A model generated the notes under the pieces. It had not been told where the DNA came from and did not search any database. It saw only the letters and a list, made by a program, of their open reading frames with translations. 64,000 nt of DNA from contig OY820579.1 of the NCBI GenBank assembly GCA_963681965.1, forward strand, positions 384,001 through 448,000, read 5' to 3'. The translations under genes were made by a program, and so were the position numbers. The stretch comes from a bacterium (GTDB taxonomy: Bacteria > Electryoneota > JAOADG01). Positions 34,001-42,086 of this stretch are shown here, one piece after another (the first letter of the stretch is position 1; each line of letters begins with the position of its first letter).

Positions 34001-34615
34001 TTTACTTGGTGGGATTGCACCATTGGTCAATTCACGGAAATCATTACTCAGCTTTTTAGTATTGACTGCCCCGGGATATGGTAACGATTGCAATATACCC
34101 TTTGTTACAACGATCGAATTTAACTGGGCGACATTTTCCGAAATTACTGCCGCTTCGATTGCGAATCCAGAGTACCAATATGTTGCTTGAGGTCGCGAGG
34201 GGAGGATTTGCCACGATACGGTACCCATACCAATTCCGATGCGAACCGAAACGCGAAATTCGCCGAATGGTGTTGTTCGTAATCCATGTTCACGAAAGAA
34301 ATCGCGAATATCGATGGCGGCACCGAGGACATCGTGACCGTTGGCATCGCGTTTTGGAAAGATGGCAGTGAAGGCATCTCCGGCAAAGCTTGCAACGAAC
34401 CCGCCATGTCGTTCAATCGCATCGATTGCCGGAGTAAACAAAGCATTGATCGTGTCGTTAAGGATCTCGCTACCTTCTTTACCGCTCATCATCAATGCAT
34501 TTGTCAACGCAGTAAAACCACTCAGATCGACAAACATGGCGTGACCAGAAAATTTACCGCGATGACTAGACAAGTGGATGAACTTTTGTATCGGTAGTGG
34601 TGAGAAGAACGGCAT
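31019..34615 (-). CDS. Twin class III adenylate/guanylate cyclase + STAND/AAA ATPase + TPR protein
   Basis: FVDLSGFT/FAGDA in domain 1; DKG and VNLAARMM in domain 2; Walker A GEAGQGKS, Walker B VLVLEDLHW; 42-aa HPDTAxSYxNIG TPRs; ATG 34615 with GAGG SD. Confidence 0.9.
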   Translation of the reverse strand: MPFFSPLPIQKFIHLSSHRGKFSGHAMFVDLSGFTALTNALMMSGKEGSEILNDTINALFTPAIDAIERHGGFVASFAGDAFTAIFPKRDANGHDVLGAAIDIRDFFREHGLRTTPFGEFRVSVRIGIGMGTVSWQILPSRPQATYWYSGFAIEAAVISENVAQLNSIVVTKGILQSLPYPGAVNTKKLSNDFRELTNGAIPPSKHRHNIRAVNTRFVPRSILSQKTSGEFRDIVACFINLNRIDAKKIEHILTLSDRFGGYFNKVDVSDKGCVILVLFGAPTALEKMSHRALEFATTIRDEYANVVRIGLTQGTAFAGIVGSKRRCEYTALGLSVNLAARMMMNAEFGAVWCGQRIFESTKDRWQFAELGEYDFKGFSNPIPVYRVTQLRKSQAAPRYLTKMIGRDTELKRLEAVSEAIWKDRRFASVTYLYGEAGQGKSRLIFEFAQAISDRAQVITLSTDPILQNPLNPFVEWIRHTFTSGEIDSIEQRRSYFREQWIKFADRCRSIAPALQQELIRIESIIASMVGLAWEGSNYANIIPRERSTVVRFAIKSLLEAYCQLQPVVLVLEDLHWLDDESKAVVATLTRHAEAIPFKMIVTSRYSDDGSKPRLRLDHDVAVDEIDLNALSPEQISAFTVNLLGSEITESVSDYLFKRSQGNPFYCEQLALYLRETNQLKLVGNRFTLSESAQELPSQIQSILVARIDRLQSGLKQVVHTASVLGREFAVQVLAEMLKSLVSERKSKSATLSKQLATGEQEHIWNAIHELHYLFSHILLRDAAYEMQLKKQVRKLHKLAADTMVHLFEDDYQQWFDIATHFDQAEEWAQAVVYYNKAGMFELEQCHFEKALVANQRSLVLNRQYRGEQQLEMAISHRNLGIIYSRQGVYDRALEEYTKSLEIQLVIMGDRHPDTLMTYNNIGNIYFNKGQFDLALEYHQKSLDIQLVVLGEHHNATAMSYSSIGNIYGRIGKLDKALEVLQKSLEIRLAVLGDCHSDTAWSYGNIGSVYFENREYDKALEVYRKSLEIQLATLGDQHPDTALSYGNIGNVYFNLKEYDRASEVLQKALDIQLAVLGDRHPATANTYNSMGCVYYEKKEYDRALEVFQKALNVRIAALGSRHPFVATSYNNIGSVYNDKGEPSRALEFHQNALEICLAILGERHPKTVSIFKSIYETYEQLGDLEKAAEYRARAEAATK

Positions 34616-34892
34616 TAGATCCTCAAGAAACAAGATGTTTTGGTTTATACCGACAGATAGTACTTAAAGTTTCAAATAATTATTCCTGATTTTCGCATGA
34701 TCAATAAACATAAATTCTGCACATTTTGCCACTCTTTTACCTGATTTCGATAGTTCAAGCCGAGTGCTTTGTAAAAACTGGATTGACGACAATGGTGTGT
34801 ATCTGAAACTGAAATTCAAGATCTCCGCGACACCTGATGAGAAGACATAAAGTACGATATTGGATTTCTAGTGCAAAATTTTATTGGGTGGC

Positions 34893-35156
34893 TGATCGTG
34901 TTGAAGCAGAAATCCATGAAAATCGAAAGTCCGTTAAGTACGTTGCAGATCGCGAAGCAGGAAAAACAATCCGCCATCCAGCAAGTCGAGCGGGCGATTG
35001 AACTTGCTACTCGCTTCGTTGTAGGGTCAGTCAAAAAAGCTGGTTTTTCTCTATTCGTCCATTGACACCATCACTATCGTGTTTGCAGGAAAAACCTCGT
35101 TTAGCAAAGTGATTCTGCGCAGCGGTTTCGGCAGTCAGGTCGCGATGGCGGGATGA
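34893..35156 (+). pseudogene. Degenerate copy of the 3' end of the serine recombinase gene
   Basis: Aligns by eye to ~37551-37829 (KQKSMKIESPLSTLQIAKQEKQSAIQQVERAIELATRF vs KQESVKIESQLCTLQNAKQEKHSALQQVERAIELATRF), with deletion/frameshift, then KVILRSGFGSQVAMA. Confidence 0.85.
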
Positions 35157-35217
35157 TACAGGAACTTGATAACCGATCATAATCAACATTCACGACACCA
35201 ATAGTAATATAGATTTT

Positions 35218-35454
35218 TTATATCACTATTTCTTCTCTGTTTCCATTGCGTCCACCAATCGGTTCAGACAATGGACGACTGGGATGTCCTAAGGTTGAGT
35301 AATCAATATAATTACCACTGTAATTCAGAGTTTTAAGTATGCATCTGTTTATGAGAGTTCGGTAAGTACAAGAAATATTTGTGCGGTGGTTATCGATCCC
35401 CTCCCGATGTTTCTTTGCCCACACCCTGAGCAACTCTGCTATCGTCTCAATCAT
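35218..35454 (-). CDS. Small AT-rich hypothetical protein (possible cargo or remnant)
   Basis: 78-aa ORF only; no recognised motif. Confidence 0.3.
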   Translation of the reverse strand: MIETIAELLRVWAKKHREGIDNHRTNISCTYRTLINRCILKTLNYSGNYIDYSTLGHPSRPLSEPIGGRNGNREEIVI

Positions 35455-35560
35455 AATGTGTCCAACCTAAAAAGCGCTAAGGTAACTCGGAGTCCGACGG
35501 CAAAATGTCCACTTTTTTCAGATCGCTCCCATCTGTATTAATAAAGGGGGTCAAATCGAA

Positions 35561-35779
35561 ATGGACATTCCAACGAAAAAGCAAATCAAACCAAGAACTT
35601 CGGTGCTGGTCGAAGTTCATGGCTGTTTGACGAATTTAACACTCGAAAGGGAACTTCCCCTAAATGGACGACGAGTTTTGCGACATTTGTCGAAGAGCGA
35701 GCAATGTAACTCATCCCAGAAGAACCAACTTGACTTTTTTGATTTGATTGGAGATGGCGAGGAGGATCAATGCAATTGA
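35561..35779 (+). CDS. Small hypothetical protein
   Basis: AAAGGGGG SD; overlaps the next ORF start. Confidence 0.5.
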   Translation: MDIPTKKQIKPRTSVLVEVHGCLTNLTLERELPLNGRRVLRHLSKSEQCNSSQKNQLDFFDLIGDGEEDQCN

Positions 35780-36024
35780 TCTTCGAACCTCGCGCTCAAT
35801 CTCGTTCAGAGGTCGAGGTGAGTGTCGTCTTCACGTCGCAACCTCCCACGGATGCTGACCGCAAATTGCAGAATAGTGGAATGAATTTGTTTGCCCAATG
35901 GTTGACGCGACACCTTCAGAAGCCGCGTACCAAAAGGCTTACGCTGATTGTTGAATTTGACTTCTCGCTGTTTTCATCGCAATGTGTCGATGGAATTATG
36001 ACAGGAGGTCAGGCGATACAATGA
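35770..36024 (+). CDS. Small hypothetical protein, translationally coupled to the recombinase
   Basis: GGAGGA SD; ATGA overlap with recombinase start. Confidence 0.55.
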   Translation: MQLIFEPRAQSRSEVEVSVVFTSQPPTDADRKLQNSGMNLFAQWLTRHLQKPRTKRLTLIVEFDFSLFSSQCVDGIMTGGQAIQ

Positions 36025-37829
36025 GAGCAAACTCAATATCCGGAAGTAAACTTGCCGTCGGCTACTTACGTCGCTCCACCGACCGGCAAGAGCAGTCGAT
36101 TGGCGACCAGAAGCAAGCTATCGAACTTTACGCAGCGAATCACGATTTTGAAATTCTGGAGTACTATACCGACGATGCGATAAGTGGCGCGACGTCTTCC
36201 GAGCGTCCAGCTTTTCTAAAACTGATAAGCGATGCGAAGCAAATGCACTGCCCGTTCAAGTTTGTGCTGGTATATGACATCAAGCGATTCGGTCGTGTCG
36301 ATAACGATGAGGCGGGGTTCTACCGTCACCAACTTAAAACTTGCGGAACCGAAATCATATACGTTTCGGAAGGATTGAACGGTGACTACTCAGATGGTTT
36401 GGTGCTTGGTGTCAAACAATGGCTTGCAAGACAGGAGTTAATTGATCTCAGTAAAGTGACTGTGCGCGGTCAGCTCAGTCGTGTTGATGCGGGTTGGTGG
36501 GCAGGCGGAGTTCCTCCGTTCGGTTACGACTTGGTGTATTACTCCAGCAGCGGTGAGGTCGTACGCATCGTCCGGTTCATGCCCAATGGCACTCGTGAGT
36601 TGCTCAATCAGCATGGTCATGTTGAGCGAGTACTTCCCAAGGGTGAAGTGATTCCGTCCTCCAGCCGCGACCGATCCAAATTGACTTTGAGTTCACCAGA
36701 TCGCGTAGAACTCGTCAAACGCATTTTTTCGATGTACTTGCATGACGGTTTTGGTTACAAGGGGATAGCGATACGCTTGAATCGCGAAATGCAACCTGCT
36801 CCTTTCGGCAACAATCGATCTTCGCTGAGCAACGAGGGGTGGTGCGTATCAACGGTAGCGTCGATTCTAAAAAATCCCATTTACACCGGCGACATGGTTT
36901 GGAACCGCACAAGCTTCGGAAAATTCCATCGAATCGAAAATGGCTGTGCAACTGCGATAAGATCAATCAAGCCGTTGACCCACCAGTACAACGATTCCTC
37001 AAATTGGATCGTCGTCCCTGAAACGCACCCGGCGATTATCACTCGAGCAGAATTTGATAATGCGCAAGTGAAACGGGAAATCGGTATTTCTTCCGGAGTT
37101 GGGAACGGTTGGAATCGGGGGTACGGTGTTAACTCGCCATTCCTTTTGACTGGTCTAATCGAATGCCTGAACTGCGGTCACAACTTCGTCGGGTACGCAA
37201 TCCACCAAGGTCGGCAGCGTCCTGGGCGCGTTCGCCACAAGAACCATTACTACGTTTGCAACGGGTATTTGACGAAAGGGAAAGACCACTGTCCCCGGCA
37301 TATCATCCCGAAAGACGAACTCGAGAAAAGGATTTTGCGGGAACTTGGGAAGCTGCTGCGCAAACGGTTCGCTACACCGGAAGGGCGTGCGGAACTGCGC
37401 CAGAGCATCGAGAACCTCAGCTACGAGCGGAATCCACAACTCGAACGCGAGATCGAGCGGTTGGAAAAACGGTTGCCGACAATTCGGCAGACAATCTCAA
37501 ACCTTGTCGACAGTCTCTCGCCGACCACACGGGAGTTTGTTGAACCCCGATTGGTCGAGCTGAAACAGGAGTCGGTGAAAATCGAGAGTCAGTTGTGTAC
37601 GCTGCAGAATGCGAAGCAGGAGAAGCACTCCGCCCTGCAGCAAGTCGAACGGGCGATTGAGTTGGCAACTCGCTTCGAGGAAGTATTTGAAGAGGGGTCG
37701 GTCGAAGAGAAGCGGGTCTTCCTGAATTCGTTCATCGACCGAATAACAATCGAGTTCGAAGGTTCGACCGCCGTCACCAAAGTGATTCTACGTAGCGGTT
37801 TCGGTAGTCAGGTCGCGATGGCAGTATAG
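36021..37829 (+). CDS. Large serine recombinase (resolvase + recombinase + Zn ribbon + coiled coil)
   Basis: YLRRSTDRQ catalytic Ser, DDAISG..RPAF, RFGR, PPFGY, ILKNPIYTG, HPAII, CLNCG..YYVC; CAGGAGG SD before ATG 36021. Confidence 0.95.
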   Translation: MRANSISGSKLAVGYLRRSTDRQEQSIGDQKQAIELYAANHDFEILEYYTDDAISGATSSERPAFLKLISDAKQMHCPFKFVLVYDIKRFGRVDNDEAGFYRHQLKTCGTEIIYVSEGLNGDYSDGLVLGVKQWLARQELIDLSKVTVRGQLSRVDAGWWAGGVPPFGYDLVYYSSSGEVVRIVRFMPNGTRELLNQHGHVERVLPKGEVIPSSSRDRSKLTLSSPDRVELVKRIFSMYLHDGFGYKGIAIRLNREMQPAPFGNNRSSLSNEGWCVSTVASILKNPIYTGDMVWNRTSFGKFHRIENGCATAIRSIKPLTHQYNDSSNWIVVPETHPAIITRAEFDNAQVKREIGISSGVGNGWNRGYGVNSPFLLTGLIECLNCGHNFVGYAIHQGRQRPGRVRHKNHYYVCNGYLTKGKDHCPRHIIPKDELEKRILRELGKLLRKRFATPEGRAELRQSIENLSYERNPQLEREIERLEKRLPTIRQTISNLVDSLSPTTREFVEPRLVELKQESVKIESQLCTLQNAKQEKHSALQQVERAIELATRFEEVFEEGSVEEKRVFLNSFIDRITIEFEGSTAVTKVILRSGFGSQVAMAV

Positions 37830-37850
37830 GCGTTCCGTACAGCGATGAGA

Positions 37851-37887
37851 AAGGGCGAGGTTGGGTTTCCAGCCTCGTTTTCTTTTG
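37851..37887 (+). terminator. Intrinsic terminator after recombinase
   Basis: CGAGGTTGG-GTTT-CCAGCCTCG followed by TTTTCTTTT. Confidence 0.7.
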
Positions 37888-37983
37888 TGCCCAAGGTTTG
37901 GATACCAAGTCCAGATAGGTCGCGCTGAGGGGCGCAGTAAAGTGATTTTCAAATGCGATGGTGGGCAATCGACGCCGAGCTGG

Positions 37984-38075
37984 TCGACCGAATGAAAATG
38001 GATTCGAAGGCAAGACCGCCGTCACCTAGGTGATTCTACGCAACAGCTTCGGTAATCAGGTCGCGATTCAGGTAA
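37984..38075 (+). repeat. Third, shorter degenerate copy of the recombinase 3' end
   Basis: TCGACCGAAT..TTCGAAGG..GACCGCCGTCACC..GTGATTCTACG..TTCGGTA.TCAGGTCGCGAT matches ~37735-37819. Confidence 0.85.
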
Positions 38076-38122
38076 GTTTAATCTTAACTTAAACGAGGCA
38101 ATTGAAATATATGCTGTACAAG

Positions 38123-38698
38123 TTAATTATGAAGCTCTTGGGGTAAGAAGGCGTTGATTTCGTCTTTCGAAAAAGTCATCTCTTGGTCTTTTTGAAGTGC
38201 CTTTTGCGCTTTCTTGTATGCTTTCGATGTGGTACTGGGAGCCCCAGAATATACCGATCCGAGCTCAGAAATTAGCTCATCTCTGATTTGAGTTATGCTC
38301 TCGATGCTCTCCGATTCACGTTTTACGTCACCGATTAGTGAGGTCAACTTTTCGCGAATCAGCCAGAGTTCATTGGCAGCTTGTTTATGTTTCTGAGCGA
38401 TCTCACCTAAGTCGTAGTTTTTTGTGTAAGCGGTAAGAACTAACAAAGTGACTGAAATCAACAGCCCAACGATAGTCGTAATATGCGACTCACCGAAAAT
38501 TGTACCGATGAAACTTGCAGTAGTTAGAGCACTCAGAATAATCTGCAGGAGTTTAATACTCGCAAGTCTTGACAAAAGGATTTCGGCACATTTTTCATGC
38601 GTTTTGTGTGAATACACAACTCGCCCAAAGCACTCACGGATTTGGGCACCCACGATTGAATATCCATACTTCGGGTCATTCTGGGAATATGGTTCCAA
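38123..38698 (-). CDS. SLATT-family two-TM effector (CBASS effector)
   Basis: QIRECFGRVVYSHKTHEK, two TM helices, AQKHKQAANELWLIRE; likely TTG start at 38698 with GGAGAG SD overlapping CD-NTase end. Confidence 0.85.
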   Translation of the reverse strand: MEPYSQNDPKYGYSIVGAQIRECFGRVVYSHKTHEKCAEILLSRLASIKLLQIILSALTTASFIGTIFGESHITTIVGLLISVTLLVLTAYTKNYDLGEIAQKHKQAANELWLIREKLTSLIGDVKRESESIESITQIRDELISELGSVYSGAPSTTSKAYKKAQKALQKDQEMTFSKDEINAFLPQELHN

Positions 38699-39557
38699 AA
38701 ATTTCTCTCCACTTTTGTTTTGCAGACCATTCATGTTTTGGGGAAGCAGATTCATACCCAATTGCTTCGACCGATATGTTGTAACATCTCGTTGATTTGT
38801 ACTGAAAGTTTCCTTTCTTGTATACCCATTGCCCACTTCCAGGTGCGCGCCAATAATCTTGTTGTTCGTTTTGGTTAGCCATATAGCGAAAAAAATCTCG
38901 ACACATATAGTCGTAGTAAAGGTAGGATTTGTCTCTATATTCGTAATTTTCGATAAATTGATATGCCAAGGTGTCGATTAATAAGCCACCAATTGGAACT
39001 TCCCACTTTCTTTTCCATGCGCGCATCATTCGACAAAGTGGGATTAAATTGTAATTACAAGCTTTATTTCTGTCTCGAATAGCTTGAATTTCTGGTTTCG
39101 GGTCAGTATGCTTCCATTTTCCACCGTTGTTAGTATCCGGATACATATAAGTACCATTCTTACAAACAAAAGCGGGAACAATCTCAAATGTCAAGTTATC
39201 TGTGAACGCAATCACCAACACTTGCCCATCAGCACCTGTCGTTGTGGTTGGATATGTTTTCTGCAATGAGCTTCGTACAGCTTGCAGTAAAGCAGACTGC
39301 CCGTTACCTGCATAACTATTGAATTGTTCGTAAGTGGTATAAGGAAGTTCGTATATCATATCCAAGTCACTAAACCCTTGGATAGCGGTATTTCTACCGT
39401 AAGAACCGACGTATAGACTATGGGCAGAATCGGAAGATGTAGACCAAAAATCAGAATTCAGGCACCGAGTTATTCGTTTGTATCTGCTTGAGATAGATTC
39501 AACGTCCTTCACTTGAAGGTTTTTATTGAAAGTTTCGAACCACTCCGCCAAACCCAT
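38676..39557 (-). CDS. SMODS / CD-NTase cyclic oligonucleotide synthase (CBASS)
   Basis: GSYGRNTAI..SDLDM nucleotidyltransferase motif, FEIVPAF, W..TDP, RMMRAWK; AT-rich; coupled to SLATT gene. Confidence 0.9.
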   Translation of the reverse strand: MGLAEWFETFNKNLQVKDVESISSRYKRITRCLNSDFWSTSSDSAHSLYVGSYGRNTAIQGFSDLDMIYELPYTTYEQFNSYAGNGQSALLQAVRSSLQKTYPTTTTGADGQVLVIAFTDNLTFEIVPAFVCKNGTYMYPDTNNGGKWKHTDPKPEIQAIRDRNKACNYNLIPLCRMMRAWKRKWEVPIGGLLIDTLAYQFIENYEYRDKSYLYYDYMCRDFFRYMANQNEQQDYWRAPGSGQWVYKKGNFQYKSTRCYNISVEAIGYESASPKHEWSAKQKWREIFGTIFPE

Positions 39558-39643
39558 TTTTCCCTCGAAGTCGAACTTACTTGAGTTGTTGACAGTTCTA
39601 AGTTTATTTGCCTCTCTAAATTCCCGAATGTGTTGAAAAGTAC

Positions 39644-39676
39644 AAAAAAAAAGACCTGCTCGACAAGCAGGTCTTC
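39644..39676 (-). terminator. Terminator downstream of tRNA
   Basis: AAGACCTGCT-CGACA-AGCAGGTCTT stem preceded by an A run (T tract on minus). Confidence 0.8.
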
Positions 39677-39687
39677 AGTAATATCCG

Positions 39688-39761
39688 TAGCGGGAGAGGG
39701 ATTCGAACCCCCGACACGTGGATTATGATTCCACTGCTCTAACCAACTGAGCTACCCCGCC
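39688..39761 (-). tRNA. tRNA-Met(CAT), elongator-type; CCA not encoded
   Basis: GGCGGGGTAGCTCAGTTGGTTAGAGCAGTGGAATCATAATCCACGTGTCGGGGGTTCGAATCCCTCTCCCGCTA folds as a cloverleaf with CAT anticodon. Confidence 0.95.
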
Positions 39762-39966
39762 GAGGTTCTGCAAATATATAACACTTCACCGCGGAACGCA
39801 ACCATCCGTTTAGCACTGAAAAACCATCAAATTATCCGCTACTAACACATGGTGGCAGCCCGGTTAATGGCAGTTATCGATTTAAATGATCCCAATCATC
39901 CGGCTTTTTCTCCCTCCCTTTCATATCCCATTGCAATCCCTTAAAAAACCTCCGATATTGTAAGTT

Positions 39967-41211
39967 ATGATTCCTCTTGAGTATCAATCCTTCGGACTAG
40001 CGATTTTCCTCGGTGCATTGATCGGTACCGAACGCCAATTTGCCGCTGGCGAAGCCGAAAAATATTTCGGCGGTATCCGCACTTTTGTGTTTGTATCGAT
40101 GGGTGGTGCCGTTGCTGCCTTCATTAACGACGCCCACGTCCCCGGCTTCTTCTTACTCTCATTCGCCGGATCGACCATTCTCGTCGCCGTTAGCCATGTC
40201 ATCGCAATCTTCCGCGGCAGCGACGAAGGAACGACCACCGAGATGGTCACACCAATAGTGTTCGGTCTGGGTGGACTCTGTTGGTGGCAATACTACAGCC
40301 TTTCCATCGCACTGGCAATCGCCGTGCTCGTATTCCTTTCGTCAAAACGGTTATTGCGATCACTTACCATGCACCTCTCCTACGAGGATATCCGGGCTTC
40401 GGTAACATTGCTGGTGCTGACATTCATTATCCTCCCGATCGTGCCCAACCGCGGAATGGGTCCGTATGATGCGTTAAATCCCTATCGTATCTGGCTCTTC
40501 ATTATTCTCGTCGGAACCCTGTCATTCGCAGCTTATATCGCTTTACGTGTCTTCCGCCAGACCATGGGTGTGATCGTAACCGGTCTATTGGGTGGTATTG
40601 TTTCTTCCACAGCAGCAACGATGACGCTTTCACGCCAATCGAAAGACACTCCCGAACACGCCGATACGTTTGCGACTTCCACCGTCATTGCATCGGCAAT
40701 CGTGCCATTGCGCGCGATGGTGTTATCACTGTTTGTCGCCCCACAACTGTGGGACCGCGTTATTCAAATCGTCATACCAGGACTACTTATCGGAGCGCTG
40801 ATCTCCTTCCAACTGCTACGACGACACGGTGAACATGTCACTTCGCTGAAATTGAATAACCCGTTCCGCCTGAAAGTCGCGCTGAATTTTGGTCTACTTT
40901 TCGGTATCGCAACGCTACTATCCCGAGTGGTGGTGGAATTAACCGGTGCCAGCGGTGTATTGCTTGTAGCCGCATTTTCCGGATCGGTTTCGGTTGATGC
41001 CGTGGTGCTGTCATTAGGCGACTTCATCAGTTCCGGTTTGCCTGAGAAATTCCTGATCGGCGGTGTTGCGATCGCAATTTTTGCCAATTGTATACTTAAA
41101 GCAGGTATTGCTCGATTTGTCGGAACCAGAACCTATTGGCGAAAAACAATACCGCTAGTCCTGTCTATCGGTTCTTCTACGTTGATTCCATTGATTTGGC
41201 TGCTTCGTTGA
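39967..41211 (+). CDS. MgtC/SapB + DUF4010 membrane protein
   Basis: LGALIGTERQ, GGIRTF, GTTTE, LNP..IW, GGIVSSTA. Confidence 0.9.
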   Translation: MIPLEYQSFGLAIFLGALIGTERQFAAGEAEKYFGGIRTFVFVSMGGAVAAFINDAHVPGFFLLSFAGSTILVAVSHVIAIFRGSDEGTTTEMVTPIVFGLGGLCWWQYYSLSIALAIAVLVFLSSKRLLRSLTMHLSYEDIRASVTLLVLTFIILPIVPNRGMGPYDALNPYRIWLFIILVGTLSFAAYIALRVFRQTMGVIVTGLLGGIVSSTAATMTLSRQSKDTPEHADTFATSTVIASAIVPLRAMVLSLFVAPQLWDRVIQIVIPGLLIGALISFQLLRRHGEHVTSLKLNNPFRLKVALNFGLLFGIATLLSRVVVELTGASGVLLVAAFSGSVSVDAVVLSLGDFISSGLPEKFLIGGVAIAIFANCILKAGIARFVGTRTYWRKTIPLVLSIGSSTLIPLIWLLR

Positions 41212-42086
41212 CCGCAATTCGATACAAAGAGTATGGTGCGATCTTACTGTTGACCGCGATTTGGGGGTCGGCATTCGCATTCATTAAAATTGCACTGGAG
41301 TCGTTTTCTCCCGGACAATTGACTCTCGTACGCTTTGTTCCGGTGCTCCCGGTTTTTGCGATAATGATGTATCATTACCGCAAGCGGCTGCGAGGATTGA
41401 CGAAAATCGAGTGGTTAAAACTTAGCATCGCCGGAATCGCTGCGACGACCTTATATAATCTGGCACTCAATAACGGCGAAACCCATGTAGGAGCGGGATT
41501 AGCCAGTCTGGTTATTTCTCTAAATCCGGCATTTATAATTATTGGCGCCTATTTCATGCGTGGTGATCGGATATCCAAACGCTTCTTTATGGGTCTCTTG
41601 ATCTCGTTTGTCGGTGTTTTCGTCTTAACATTAGCTCGCAACGGCATCGGATTCGATCGCACCGCTCTTTCGGGCATCTCGTTTATTCTGCTTTGTCCCT
41701 TTAGTTGGGGACTTTATACAACTTTATTACACGATGCGATCGATCGGGTCGGAGTGATGGCTGCAACCGCAGCCTCATCAACGATTGGTATTGTGACGAT
41801 GTTACCGGCTATTCCATTTGCTTTCGATCAGTCGATTCCAACAAATTTCATCGGTTGGTCCTGTGCACTCTATTTGGGAATTTTTTCGACCGTAATCGGC
41901 TATACGATTTGGTCATGGTTATTGCAACGACGTGGTGCGGCACGTACCGGAATGGTAGTATATTTGAATGTGGTGTGGGGGTTGTTGTTTGCGGGGTTGT
42001 TCTTGGGTGAGGTGATGACATGGCAAACGGTATTTGGTGCAATATTAATTTTATCGGGTGTCGCAGTTGCGCGACGCGCCGGTTGA
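41208..42086 (+). CDS. DMT/EamA transporter
   Basis: IWGSAF..IK, two EamA halves; TTG start overlapping the upstream stop. Confidence 0.9.
   Translation: MTAIRYKEYGAILLLTAIWGSAFAFIKIALESFSPGQLTLVRFVPVLPVFAIMMYHYRKRLRGLTKIEWLKLSIAGIAATTLYNLALNNGETHVGAGLASLVISLNPAFIIIGAYFMRGDRISKRFFMGLLISFVGVFVLTLARNGIGFDRTALSGISFILLCPFSWGLYTTLLHDAIDRVGVMAATAASSTIGIVTMLPAIPFAFDQSIPTNFIGWSCALYLGIFSTVIGYTIWSWLLQRRGAARTGMVVYLNVVWGLLFAGLFLGEVMTWQTVFGAILILSGVAVARRAG

Noticed and set aside
34893-38075. Diversity-generating retroelement TR/VR pair
   Set aside because: Mismatches between the copies involve all bases, many at synonymous positions, include indels, and no reverse transcriptase is in the window.
38699-38836. 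Long overlap of the SLATT ORF with the CD-NTase
   Set aside because: TTG at 38698 has a GGAGAG SD and precedes the conserved region; the extension is likely incidental.
39644-39761. tRNA-Met 3' duplication as attL/attR of the island
   Set aside because: No second copy of the tRNA 3' end was seen by eye, and the tRNA is followed directly by a terminator; the association is positional only.
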